22,466 bases of DNA from an uncultured Roseivirgaceae bacterium (GCA_964537095.1 CAZHZR010000023.1:1-22466), one strand, 5' to 3'; shown: positions 8,745 to 17,174, counted from the first letter of the stretch. Program-made: numbers and translations. The notes: generated by a model from the sequence alone, not told the origin.

Positions 8745-10994
8745 ATGAACTACGTAAACCACCTATCGAAAGCCATCTGCTTGGTAATTCTTTCTCTCCT
8801 TTTTTTAATCCCTTCGCAAGCGCAGCCTTCTCAGCAATTTGGTCAGGATGCGGAAATCGAATCAAAGATCGACTCCCTGCTGGCGCTTATGACGCTTGAA
8901 GAGAAAATCGGGCAGCTTACCTTGTACACCAGCGACATCGACGTAACAGGCCCTACCATTCGTGAGGGATATAAAGAAGATATCAGGAAAGGAAATGTTG
9001 GTTCAATTTTTAATGCTTATGGGGCTGATTATACCAGGTCGCTCCAAAAGATGGCCGTTGAAGAAACCCGTTTGAAAATACCACTGCTGTTCGGATATGA
9101 TGTAATCCATGGGCATAAAACAATTTTCCCAATGCCACTGGGAGAGTCTGCAAGTTGGGATCTGGAGGCTATAGAAAGATCGGCACAAATCGCCGCTGCT
9201 GAAGCTTCTGCAGAAGGATTGCACTGGACTTTTGCTCCCATGCTGGATGTAGCGCGTGATCCCAGGTGGGGCAGAGTTGCGGAAGGAGCAGGAGAAGATA
9301 CATATCTTAGCACCAAAATAGCAGTTGCCAGAATAAAAGGCTTTCAAGGTGAGAATTTACGTGATCTCAACACCTTGTTAGCTTGCGCGAAGCACTTTGC
9401 AGCCTATGGAGCCGCACTGGCCGGGAGGGACTATAATACGGTAGACATGTCGGACCGGGTTTTGCGTGAAGTTTACTTTCCACCATTTAAAGCGGCTGTT
9501 GAGGCCGGAGTAGCGACTTTTATGACATCTTTCAATGAAGTAGACGGAGTACCCGCTTCCGGCAGTAAATATTTGATGACCGATGTACTCAAAGAAGAAT
9601 GGGGTTTTGATGGATTTATAGTTACAGATTATACCTCCATCAACGAAATGGTGCCTCATGGCGTGGTGGCCAATGAGAAAGATGCAGGCGAGCTTGCGAT
9701 CAATGCAGGGGTTGACATGGATATGCAGGGGGGTGTTTACCAGGAGCATTTGGCAGATTTAGTGAAGGAGGGAAGAGTCGCCGAATCTCAAATAAATGAA
9801 TCAGTAAGGAGAATTCTAAGGATGAAATACGCGCTCGGCCTTTTTGACGACCCCTACCGCTATTCTGATACAAAGCGTGAAAAGGAAGTTGTGATGAGCA
9901 AAGAGCATTTGGCTGCAGCCAGGGATATTTCCAGAAAATCTATTGTGTTGCTAAAAAATGAAGGCAACACCCTGCCGCTAAAAAAGAACACAAAAACAGT
10001 CGCTGTTATCGGCCCGTTGGCTGACAGCAAGCGTGACATGATAGGTTCCTGGTCGGCCGCCGGAGACTACACAAAAGCCGTTACTTTACTGGAAGGCATC
10101 AAAGCCGCTGTGCCTTCTTCTACCAAAGTGCTTTATGCGAAGGGGGCCAACATCAATGATGATACAACCAAATGGATTGATGAAGCAGTTAAGGTCGCCA
10201 AAAAGGCAGATGTGATAATACTAGCAATAGGCGAAGACGCACAAATGAGTGGAGAGGCAGCCAGTAGATCTAATATAGATCTACCCGGGGTTCAACTGGA
10301 GTTGGCCAAAGCGATGCAAAAAACAGGCAAACCCGTTGTGGCCGTGCTGATGAACGGCAGACCTTTAACCATCACATGGTTAGATGAAAACATCCCATCT
10401 ATCCTTGAAACCTGGTTTTTAGGAACCCAGGCAGGACACGCTATCGCAGATGTTATATTCGGAGACTACAATCCCTCCGGTAAATTACCTGTTACCTTTC
10501 CTCGCAGCGTAGGTCAAGTTCCTATTTTTTACAATAATAAAAATACTGGCAGACCCATGTCTGATGAAAAATACACATCAAAATATCTGGATATTTCAAA
10601 TGAGCCATTATATCCTTTTGGTTACGGCTTGAGCTACGCTAATTTTACCTATAGTAATCTAGTGGCAGGCAAATCCGAGTATAAAATGGGGGAACCCATA
10701 GAAGTAGCCGTGACTGTTTCGAATAGTGGCAAAGTAGCAGGGGAAGAAGTGGTGCAACTTTACGTCAGAGATCTTGTAGGAAGTGTAACGCGACCTGTTA
10801 AGGAGTTAAAAGGATTTCAGAAAATTAAACTGGAACCAGGCGCATCGCAACAAGTGCGGTTTACCCTCACTGCAAAAGATCTTGCCTTCTACACCAGAAA
10901 TATGGATTTCGCAGCCGAGCCCGGCGCTTTCAAAGTATATGTGGGAACAAATTCCAGAGATGTATTGGAAGCTGATTTTGAATTAAGAGAATAA
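8745..10994 (+). CDS. bglX: Glycoside hydrolase family 3 beta-glucosidase, BglX-like and periplasmic.
   Basis: It has a signal peptide. The GH3 N-domain blocks are present: KHFAAYGAALAGRDY, SFNEVDGVPASGSKYLMTDVLKEEWGFDGFIVTDY (the catalytic Asp lies in the VTDY nucleophile motif), the GH3 C-terminal alpha/beta sandwich and a fibronectin-like C-terminus. The 749-aa length is typical of BglX-type enzymes. Confidence 0.9.
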   Translation: MNYVNHLSKAICLVILSLLFLIPSQAQPSQQFGQDAEIESKIDSLLALMTLEEKIGQLTLYTSDIDVTGPTIREGYKEDIRKGNVGSIFNAYGADYTRSLQKMAVEETRLKIPLLFGYDVIHGHKTIFPMPLGESASWDLEAIERSAQIAAAEASAEGLHWTFAPMLDVARDPRWGRVAEGAGEDTYLSTKIAVARIKGFQGENLRDLNTLLACAKHFAAYGAALAGRDYNTVDMSDRVLREVYFPPFKAAVEAGVATFMTSFNEVDGVPASGSKYLMTDVLKEEWGFDGFIVTDYTSINEMVPHGVVANEKDAGELAINAGVDMDMQGGVYQEHLADLVKEGRVAESQINESVRRILRMKYALGLFDDPYRYSDTKREKEVVMSKEHLAAARDISRKSIVLLKNEGNTLPLKKNTKTVAVIGPLADSKRDMIGSWSAAGDYTKAVTLLEGIKAAVPSSTKVLYAKGANINDDTTKWIDEAVKVAKKADVIILAIGEDAQMSGEAASRSNIDLPGVQLELAKAMQKTGKPVVAVLMNGRPLTITWLDENIPSILETWFLGTQAGHAIADVIFGDYNPSGKLPVTFPRSVGQVPIFYNNKNTGRPMSDEKYTSKYLDISNEPLYPFGYGLSYANFTYSNLVAGKSEYKMGEPIEVAVTVSNSGKVAGEEVVQLYVRDLVGSVTRPVKELKGFQKIKLEPGASQQVRFTLTAKDLAFYTRNMDFAAEPGAFKVYVGTNSRDVLEADFELRE

Positions 10995-11067
10995 GCTATA
11001 CCATACTACATTCAATATTCGCATTTTTTGCGTCTTCTTAACTTTATCAAATTTTAGAGAAGATAAA

Positions 11068-11097
11068 TTGGCAATGCTGCATATAATTCTATATTTG
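11068..11097 (+). promoter_or_regulatory. Candidate Bacteroidetes sigma-A promoter, with TTG at 11068-11070 and a 19-bp spacer to TAtaTTTG at 11090-11097, upstream of the EEP gene.
   Basis: It matches the Bacteroidetes consensus of -33 TTG and -7 TAnnTTTG with allowed spacing. The predicted TSS is only about 5-15 nt from the annotated ATG, which would give a very short leader. It could alternatively serve the Met at 11121. Confidence 0.3.
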
Positions 11098-11108
11098 AAT
11101 TTCTAAAT

Positions 11109-11975
11109 TTGCCGCGAAACATGATTCTTTCATTCTATAAATCTCTTTTATTTCTACTAATCTTCCCCGGTATGATAGCTGCCCAACAACAGGATGTATC
11201 GTACAAGGTTGCTACCTACAACATTCGCTATGATGCCGTTCAAGACACCGCAAATGCCTGGAAAAACCGAGCTCCGGTAATCCAGCGCTTAATCCTCTTC
11301 AATGAAATAGATATATTCGGCATTCAGGAAGGGCTGCATCACCAGGTCGAAGATTTGGATTCGCTTTTACCTGACCACACTTACATAGGCGCGGGAAGGG
11401 ACGATGGCGCACAAAAAGGTGAATATTCTGCAATATTTTACAATCAACTTAAATTTGAGGTACTTGAATCTGCTACATTCTGGCTGTCGGAGACTCCCGA
11501 ACGACCTTCTAAATCATGGGATGCCTCTTTGCCTCGTATCTGTACCTGGGCGGTTATAAAGCATCGGGAATCAAATACAATGATGTTTGTTTTTAATACC
11601 CATTTCGACCATATCGGAAAAATAGCGCGGGTAAACAGCGCCACGCTTCTTCATAAAAAAATACAGGAAATCGCCAAAAACGCTCCTGTAATACTAATGG
11701 GCGATTTTAATGCAGAACCTGGTTCAGAAGTTTATGCAACTTTAATGTCGAACAACTTCAACGATGCTTTTAACATTTCTGAAACTCCGCATTTTGGTCC
11801 AGAGGCCTCCTTCAATGGATTTAATTTTTCTGAAATTCCCACACGAAGGATAGATTTTATTTTTGTAAATAATTATTTTACCGTGCTTCGGCACGCCATT
11901 TTAAATAACCACTACAGCCTGAAATATCCCTCTGACCATTTCCCGGTACTGACAGAGATAAAGTTTGTTGAATAA
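11109..11975 (+). CDS. Secreted protein of the endonuclease/exonuclease/phosphatase (EEP) family.
   Basis: It has a signal peptide (LLFLLIFPGMIAAQQ). EEP catalytic blocks are present: YNIRYD near the N-terminus, GIQEG, HFDHIG, GDFNAEPGS and a C-terminal SDHFPV. Confidence 0.8.
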   Translation: MPRNMILSFYKSLLFLLIFPGMIAAQQQDVSYKVATYNIRYDAVQDTANAWKNRAPVIQRLILFNEIDIFGIQEGLHHQVEDLDSLLPDHTYIGAGRDDGAQKGEYSAIFYNQLKFEVLESATFWLSETPERPSKSWDASLPRICTWAVIKHRESNTMMFVFNTHFDHIGKIARVNSATLLHKKIQEIAKNAPVILMGDFNAEPGSEVYATLMSNNFNDAFNISETPHFGPEASFNGFNFSEIPTRRIDFIFVNNYFTVLRHAILNNHYSLKYPSDHFPVLTEIKFVE

Positions 11976-12009
11976 CATTTTATTGTACTCAGCAAATTGT
12001 ACGTCATTT

Positions 12010-12834
12010 CTACTTTTCCAGCTTCAACAGTCTGTTATTCATTTGGCTTAACTGGCTTTCAACAGTCATCAGTCTGCTCTCCAGCAAAGAGGGAGGCGAA
12101 ACGTGTTGAGACCATACCCCTACTGCCTGCCAGATTTCCAGCATTTCTTCGCTTGACACTATCCTGTTTTCATAGGCCGAATTGTCAGCTTTTAATAAAA
12201 TCGCCTTTTCGTCCACAGACAGTAATCGTCTTGCAATTATCCCCTTCGGCGTTACCACCACAAAAACCGATTCGAGCTTGATTTTTTTAGGAATCACTTC
12301 GAGTTTTTTGGCAAGCAGCACATCTCCATCGTGTATGCCCCGGTCATGATAAAACATTTCATCGCCGCTGTGTACGAAAGCCCGCAGTATTCCTGCGGTA
12401 TCTGCTGGCAGAAAAATTCTTTTTAAGTTAATGATGTAATCCTTGTTCTGAAGATTGACAATATATTCCAGTACATTGTCCTTTTCAACCAATGGAACAC
12501 CTTCCTTGTAATTTCCCAAAAGAAAACCCTTTTCCTTTACGTTTGCTTTGATGCTTTTCCCCAAGGCAGGAGGCATTTGCGTCGGATCAAATTCTCCTTT
12601 TAATATATCAAAGCTATAGAGTTCGTTTACAGTTAACTCCTTCCGAAGAAGGGCATCCGTAGACAAGCTAAAGTGGTTGGCGATAGCTATGATTGTGTCA
12701 ATCTTAGGCTCTGACCTCCCCTCTTCATAGGCTCCTACACTTGGCCTGGCAAGACTAAACAAATCAGCAAATGCAGCTTGCGATAACTTTCGTACCGTCC
12801 TGATCTTCTTAATGTTTTTTCCAATGAATGACAT
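12010..12834 (-). CDS. XRE-family HTH transcriptional regulator with a C-terminal LexA/cI-type S24-like domain whose catalytic dyad appears to be substituted.
   Basis: The N-terminal HTH_3-type block is IKKIRTVRKLSQAAFADLFSLARPSVGAYEEGRSEPKIDTIIAIANHFSLSTDALL. The C-terminal region aligns by eye to the LexA/UmuD/cI cleavage domain: AFVHSGDEMFYHDRGIHDGDVLLAKK...VVTPKGIIARRL versus UmuD SGDSM...ISDGDLLIV...TVKKL. The Ser nucleophile position is Glu (SGDEM, not GDSM) and the general-base Lys position is Arg (ARRL, not VKKL). The gene is the only minus-strand gene and lies divergent to the pspA-containing cluster. Confidence 0.75.
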   Translation of the reverse strand: MSFIGKNIKKIRTVRKLSQAAFADLFSLARPSVGAYEEGRSEPKIDTIIAIANHFSLSTDALLRKELTVNELYSFDILKGEFDPTQMPPALGKSIKANVKEKGFLLGNYKEGVPLVEKDNVLEYIVNLQNKDYIINLKRIFLPADTAGILRAFVHSGDEMFYHDRGIHDGDVLLAKKLEVIPKKIKLESVFVVVTPKGIIARRLLSVDEKAILLKADNSAYENRIVSSEEMLEIWQAVGVWSQHVSPPSLLESRLMTVESQLSQMNNRLLKLEK

Positions 12835-13021
12835 ATCTAAAAAATAATTCTACTTTTTTGAGCATCGCTATTGTTATTAGCAACAAAATTTCTTAAACTT
12901 ACGTATAAATTATTAAAACGCTAAAATTATTTACCGTAAAAAACTAACCGATTCTGTAAAAAAGGAAAAATTTTATTAAGATTATATTAAATCAACCAAT
13001 CAACATTTCAACCTTACCAAC
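12835..13021. promoter_or_regulatory. AT-rich 187-bp divergent intergenic region that must hold promoters for both the XRE/S24-like regulator (-) and the ybjN-like/pspA cluster (+). It contains small palindromes that may be operators.
   Basis: The region is AT-rich. There is an imperfect palindrome TTGTT-N6-AACAA at 12870-12885 and a TTTAC-C-GTAAA palindrome at 12930-12940. No exact TAnnTTTG -7 box was found on either strand, so TSS positions are unknown. Confidence 0.4.
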
Positions 13022-13417
13022 ATGAACCATTATTACGACAAAGTTAAAGAATACTTGCTGGAGGCGGGCTGCACTATAAAACATGAAAATGAAGGCGAAG
13101 GCCTTTTTGTAGTAGACTATGAAAATATGGGCATCAGCAATCTGGTAATAGGATGTGCAGATCCGATCTTAATAGTTGAACAATTCATCTTTGAAATCAA
13201 CGAAGAATGTGTAGAAGTTTTCAAAAGCCTTCTACAAAAAAACAGAGAAATCATTGCCGGTGCCTTTGTAATAGACGATTCTGGAGAGAAGGTGCTTTAT
13301 AGAAATACGCTTATGCTTGAGAACCTCGATCTGAACGAACTAGAAGGCACATTTAACGCGTTGGGGCTAATGCTTAGCGAGTATTCTGAAGACCTTATCC
13401 GCTTCGCCAGCAAGTAA
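13022..13417 (+). CDS. Small cytoplasmic YbjN-like protein with a type III secretion chaperone-like fold. It is the first gene of the pspA cluster.
   Basis: It is a 131-aa acidic protein with an alpha/beta pattern (LFVVDYENMGISNLVIGCADPILIVEQFIFEI ... AGAFVIDDSGEKVLYRNTLMLENL). This resembles YbjN / putative sensory-transduction-regulator family members, which are often encoded beside PspA. The family call is tentative. Gene reality is supported by spacing and codon usage. Confidence 0.5.
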   Translation: MNHYYDKVKEYLLEAGCTIKHENEGEGLFVVDYENMGISNLVIGCADPILIVEQFIFEINEECVEVFKSLLQKNREIIAGAFVIDDSGEKVLYRNTLMLENLDLNELEGTFNALGLMLSEYSEDLIRFASK

Positions 13418-13495
13418 TTAGTCGCAGGACATAAAATAATTCTCAGATAAATTTTAAATTTTTTAATATTTTTATTAAACTTAACCTTTGAAGAC

Positions 13496-14227
13496 ATGAA
13501 CAACATATTTAAAAGACTATTTAAAATAGGACAAGCCGAGGCAAATTCGGCGGTAGACCAGCTTGAAAACCCCATCAAATTGACCGAACAAGGAATCCGG
13601 GACATGAAGGAAAATCTCGACAAGAGCCTTCAATCACTGGCGCAGGTAAAAGCGTTGTCTATCAGAGCAAGGAACGATTTCGAAACTTATAACGACGCTG
13701 CCCAAGACTATGAAAGAAAGGCTTTGATGCTTTTAAAAAAGGCACAGGCGGGTGAAATGAAGTCCGAAGAAGCTGACCGGCTGGCAAGTGAGGCTTTGGT
13801 AAAAAAAGAAGCCAGTACCAGCCAAGCCAACCGCTCATTGGCAGAAAAGGAGAAGTTCGACAAAAGCATATCTGAACTCGATCAGAACATAAAAACGATC
13901 AAAAGCACCATCAGCAAGTGGGAAAATGAGCTCAAGACACTCAAGGCACGGGTTAAGGTAAGCGATGCCACCAAAAGGCTCAACAAGCAACTTGCTCAAA
14001 TTGATAGCAGCAGTACAGTCTCCATGTTAGAACGCATGAAAGACAAGGTGGCGGAAGAGGAAGCACTGGCACAATCCTACGCGGAAATAGCCAATGAAAG
14101 CAGAAGCATTGACGAAGAAATAGACAAGGCTTTAGAAAACACATCGGCATCTGCCAAAACATCCAATGAGCTTGCTGCTTTAAAAGCAAAACTTGGGATC
14201 AATACGGCTTCTGAAGAAAAAGAGTAA
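13496..14227 (+). CDS. pspA: PspA/IM30 (Vipp1) family protein, phage-shock protein A-like and in the ESCRT-III superfamily.
   Basis: The N-terminus MNNIFKRLFKIGQAEANSAVDQLENPIKLTEQGIRDMKENLDKS aligns with E. coli PspA [40 protein letters not shown]. The protein is entirely helical coiled coil, about 243 aa, with a C-terminal LAALKAKL that matches PspA LAQLKAKM. Confidence 0.85.
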   Translation: MNNIFKRLFKIGQAEANSAVDQLENPIKLTEQGIRDMKENLDKSLQSLAQVKALSIRARNDFETYNDAAQDYERKALMLLKKAQAGEMKSEEADRLASEALVKKEASTSQANRSLAEKEKFDKSISELDQNIKTIKSTISKWENELKTLKARVKVSDATKRLNKQLAQIDSSSTVSMLERMKDKVAEEEALAQSYAEIANESRSIDEEIDKALENTSASAKTSNELAALKAKLGINTASEEKE

Positions 14228-14270
14228 GCACATAAAGTTTCAACATTCACAATAAACCTAAAAGATAGCG

Positions 14271-14912
14271 ATGGAAGATTTATTAAAAGCAATAGTGTGG
14301 GGAGGCAATATTGTACCAACAGCACTACTGATCTTTATATTGACCTACTGGCTTATCGTGTTGATTGGTTTTATTGATATCGACAGCTTTGATATAGATA
14401 TTGATCTGGATGTTGAAACTGATGTTAACGGAGCAGGCTCAGTAGCCTGGCTCAACCATGTACTCTATTTCTTTAATCTCGGCCAGGTTCCGCTAATGCT
14501 TTTCCTGAGTTTCGTGGCCATACCTATGTGGTTCCTTGCAATCATCGCAACGGAATACCTGGTCTTCAATTCGGTGTTTTTGAGCTACCTCCTACTGATT
14601 CCGAATTTTATAATTAGCCTCTTTATCGCTAAAGTATTTACCCAGCCATTCGTGAAGTTGTTCACTGCACTCGAAAACCATGTTGATGACAACACGGAAG
14701 TAATCGGAAAAATTTGTACAGTGATCCTCAATACAACTGACGAAAAAATGGGCCAGGCCAGAGTAGAAGGCAGTGGGTCTGTAGTGCTACTCAACATTAA
14801 AACCAGAAAAGGCACTGTGCTAAATAAAGGGGAAACGGGCCTGGTGATCGACTATGTAAAAGAAAAAAGCTACTATATCATAGAGCCCTACGAAATTCAG
14901 GAATCAGTATAA
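14271..14912 (+). CDS. Inner-membrane protein of the YqiJ/NfeD type: N-terminal TM helices plus a C-terminal OB-fold. It is a flotillin partner.
   Basis: It is 213 aa, about the size of E. coli YqiJ (209 aa). Three or four hydrophobic helices are present (VPTALLIFILTYWLIVLIGFI, VPLMLFLSFVAIPMWFLAIIA, SYLLLIPNFIISLFIA). The C-terminal beta-rich NfeD-like OB-fold segment is GKICTVILNTTDEKMGQARVEGSGSVVLLNIKTRKGTVLNKGETGLVIDYVKEKSYYIIEPYE. It sits immediately upstream of a flotillin gene, the conserved yqiJ-yqiK / yuaF-floT arrangement. Confidence 0.65.
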   Translation: MEDLLKAIVWGGNIVPTALLIFILTYWLIVLIGFIDIDSFDIDIDLDVETDVNGAGSVAWLNHVLYFFNLGQVPLMLFLSFVAIPMWFLAIIATEYLVFNSVFLSYLLLIPNFIISLFIAKVFTQPFVKLFTALENHVDDNTEVIGKICTVILNTTDEKMGQARVEGSGSVVLLNIKTRKGTVLNKGETGLVIDYVKEKSYYIIEPYEIQESV

Positions 14913-15041
14913 GACAGTCACCTCCAAATATCAGCTATTTCTGCCTTGGAAGACCAGAGGTGAGACCATATCGTCTACCGGATTCATTGGGCATTCCATT
15001 GCAGATACATTCATAAAGTTTTCAACTAAAAATTAATATTC

Positions 15042-17174
15042 ATGATTCAACAAGCATCCCTTATAGTAATTATCGTGGGCTCTATCGTATTGATAGCGCT
15101 GCTGATCCTTATTTCCCGTATGTGGCACAAAGCCTCGCAGGGACAAGCGCTCGTCCGGACCGGATTAGGGGGCACCAAAGTAAGCTTTTCAGGCACCCTT
15201 GTAGTACCCGTAATCCACAGGTTAGAGGAAATGGACATCACCGTAAAAACAATTGTCATCTCCCGTACCGGAAAGGATGGCTTGGTTTGCAAAGACAATA
15301 TGCGCGCTGATATTAAGGTAACCTTTTTTATCCGCGTAAATAAAAGCATAGAAGACGTGAAGAAGGTATCCGAGTCCATTGGATGTTCCAGAGCCTCCAA
15401 TCACGAACAACTGGAAGTATTGTTTGATGCCAAGTTTTCTGAAGCCTTGAAGACAGTCGGCAAGCATTTTGAATTTGTGGAACTGTATAACAGCAGGGAC
15501 GACTTCAAGAGAGAGATCCTGCAAATTACGGGCACCGATCTGAACGGGTATATCCTGGATGACTGCGCGATTGACTATCTGGAGCAAACCAGTCTTGACC
15601 ACATGAATGAGAATAATATTCTTGACTCAGAAGGTATTAAAAAGATCATTGAACTTACCGCCAAGCAGAAAATGGCATCTAACCTGATTGAGCGTGAGAA
15701 GCAAAAAACGCTTAAAAAGCAGGATGTTGAAGCCAGAGAAGTAATTCTGTCACTTGAAAAACAATTGGCAGAAAGTGAAGAGAAACAACGCAGAGAAATT
15801 GAAAACATCAAGTCAAGAGAAGCCGCAGAAATCGAAAAAGTACGTTCTGAAGAAAGACAGAAATCTGAGCAGGCAAGAATCATCTCTGATGAACAGATTC
15901 AGGTGGCGGAACAAAATAAAGACCGGCAGGTGCTTGTAGCGCAGAGAAACAAAGAAAAGACAGATGCTATTGAGCTTGAAAGAGTAGTGCAGGCGAGAGA
16001 TCTGGAAGCCAATGAAAGGGAACGATTGGTGTCACTGGCACAGATAGAAAAAGAAAAGGCGCTGGAAATAGAGAAGAAAAATATTCAGGAGGTAATAAGA
16101 GAACGAGTAGTAGTAGAAAAAGCTACGGTAGAAGAGCAGGAAAGAATCAAAGATACCGTAGCCCATGCGGAAGCCGAAAGGTCGAAGAAAGTAGCAATTA
16201 TCAACGCGGAGCAGGAAGCGGAACAAGCCCTTGTAAAGGAAATTAAAGCCGCAGAAGCTGCTAATGATGCTGCTTTATTTCGTGCAAAACAAGCACTTGT
16301 AGATGCAGAAGCGGAAAAAAATAGCGCCGGTCTACGAGCAGAGGCCATAAAAATAATGGCAGACGCCCAAGCCGCGAAAGAAGCCGCGTTGGGTATAAGC
16401 GAGGCACAGGTAATGGAAGCAAAGGCAGCCGCTTTAACAAAACAAGGAGAGGCAGAAGCAAACGTGATCGAAGAAGCCGCTGAAGCCGAAGCAAAATCAA
16501 TTAGAATTAAAGGAATAGCACAGGCAGATGCCAATGCTAAACAAGGTGAAGCGGAAGCCATTGTAATCCGCGCGAAAGCCGAAGCAGAAGAATTGAAAGG
16601 ACAAGCGGAAGCAAGAGTGATGGAGCAGAAATTCCTGGCAGAAGCAAAAGGTATCGGAGAGAAAGCAGCAGCAATGAGCAAACTGGACGGACCTGGAAAA
16701 GACCATGAAGAATACAAACTGAGGCTTTCGAAAGAAAAGGAAATTGAACTGGCCCAAATTGATATACAGAAGGTTATAGCAGACGCTCAGGCACAGGTGA
16801 TTGGTGAAGCTTTAAAAGCTGCAAATATCGACATTATCGGAGGGGAGACTATGTTCTTCGAACAGATCATGGGCTCTATTACAAAAGGTAAAGCCGTAGA
16901 CGGTATGATTGACAACAGCAAAGCGCTGCTGGACGTTAAGAATACTTTCTTCAGTCCTAATGGCGGTTCAGATTTTAAATCGCAGTTAAAAGGCTTTATG
17001 GACAAATTCGGATTTTCTCCTGAAGACATCCGAAATCTGACTATTTCTGCCTTGCTTTTAAAGATGATGAACGGCGCCGACAGCCATCAGACTCGCTCTA
17101 GTATACAGCAGTTGAATGACCTGGCAAAATCCATCGGGGTGTCAGACAAAACGCTGGATGCCATCGGCATGTAA
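15042..17174 (+). CDS. Flotillin (SPFH/Band-7 domain; FloT/YqiK-like) with an unusually long E/A/K-rich coiled coil and a C-terminal extension.
   Basis: An N-terminal TM anchor (LIVIIVGSIVLIALLILIS) is followed by an SPFH domain (QALVRTGLGGTKVSFSGTLVVPVIHRLEEMDITVKTIVISRTG...MRADIKVTFFIRVNKSIEDVKK...FVELYNSRDDFKREI). The roughly 300-aa EA-repeat coiled coil is the flotillin hallmark. At 710 aa it is longer than the usual 500-550 aa of bacterial flotillins. Confidence 0.9.
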   Translation: MIQQASLIVIIVGSIVLIALLILISRMWHKASQGQALVRTGLGGTKVSFSGTLVVPVIHRLEEMDITVKTIVISRTGKDGLVCKDNMRADIKVTFFIRVNKSIEDVKKVSESIGCSRASNHEQLEVLFDAKFSEALKTVGKHFEFVELYNSRDDFKREILQITGTDLNGYILDDCAIDYLEQTSLDHMNENNILDSEGIKKIIELTAKQKMASNLIEREKQKTLKKQDVEAREVILSLEKQLAESEEKQRREIENIKSREAAEIEKVRSEERQKSEQARIISDEQIQVAEQNKDRQVLVAQRNKEKTDAIELERVVQARDLEANERERLVSLAQIEKEKALEIEKKNIQEVIRERVVVEKATVEEQERIKDTVAHAEAERSKKVAIINAEQEAEQALVKEIKAAEAANDAALFRAKQALVDAEAEKNSAGLRAEAIKIMADAQAAKEAALGISEAQVMEAKAAALTKQGEAEANVIEEAAEAEAKSIRIKGIAQADANAKQGEAEAIVIRAKAEAEELKGQAEARVMEQKFLAEAKGIGEKAAAMSKLDGPGKDHEEYKLRLSKEKEIELAQIDIQKVIADAQAQVIGEALKAANIDIIGGETMFFEQIMGSITKGKAVDGMIDNSKALLDVKNTFFSPNGGSDFKSQLKGFMDKFGFSPEDIRNLTISALLLKMMNGADSHQTRSSIQQLNDLAKSIGVSDKTLDAIGM

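Noticed and set aside
12850-12860. TACTTTTTTG, considered as a Bacteroidetes -7 box (TAnnTTTG) for the pspA cluster.
   Set aside because: It does not fit the consensus exactly, having an extra T before the G. It is more than 160 nt from the first start codon. No exact TAnnTTTG was found on either strand in this intergenic region.
14913-15041. Inverted repeat tcacctc / gaggtga between the yqiJ-like gene and flotillin, considered as a possible terminator.
   Set aside because: It has only a 7-bp stem with a loop of about 33 nt and no T-run. It is too weak to call. The two genes are probably co-transcribed, as in yqiJK.
16100-16650. Apparent tandem DNA repeat of GAAGC-rich units.
   Set aside because: The periodicity is codon-level and encodes the EA-rich coiled coil of flotillin. 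It is not a non-coding tandem repeat or a CRISPR-like array, having no spacer/repeat structure.
16085-16717. A 210-aa Ala/Ser-rich ORF on the minus strand, together with the other minus-strand ORFs 16261..16500, 16497..16757 and 16032..16226.
   Set aside because: They lie entirely antisense to the flotillin coiled-coil region. The GAAGC/GCAGAAGC codon periodicity on the + strand automatically yields open, Ala-rich frames on the opposite strand. There is no independent start context, and the + strand flotillin ORF is unambiguous.
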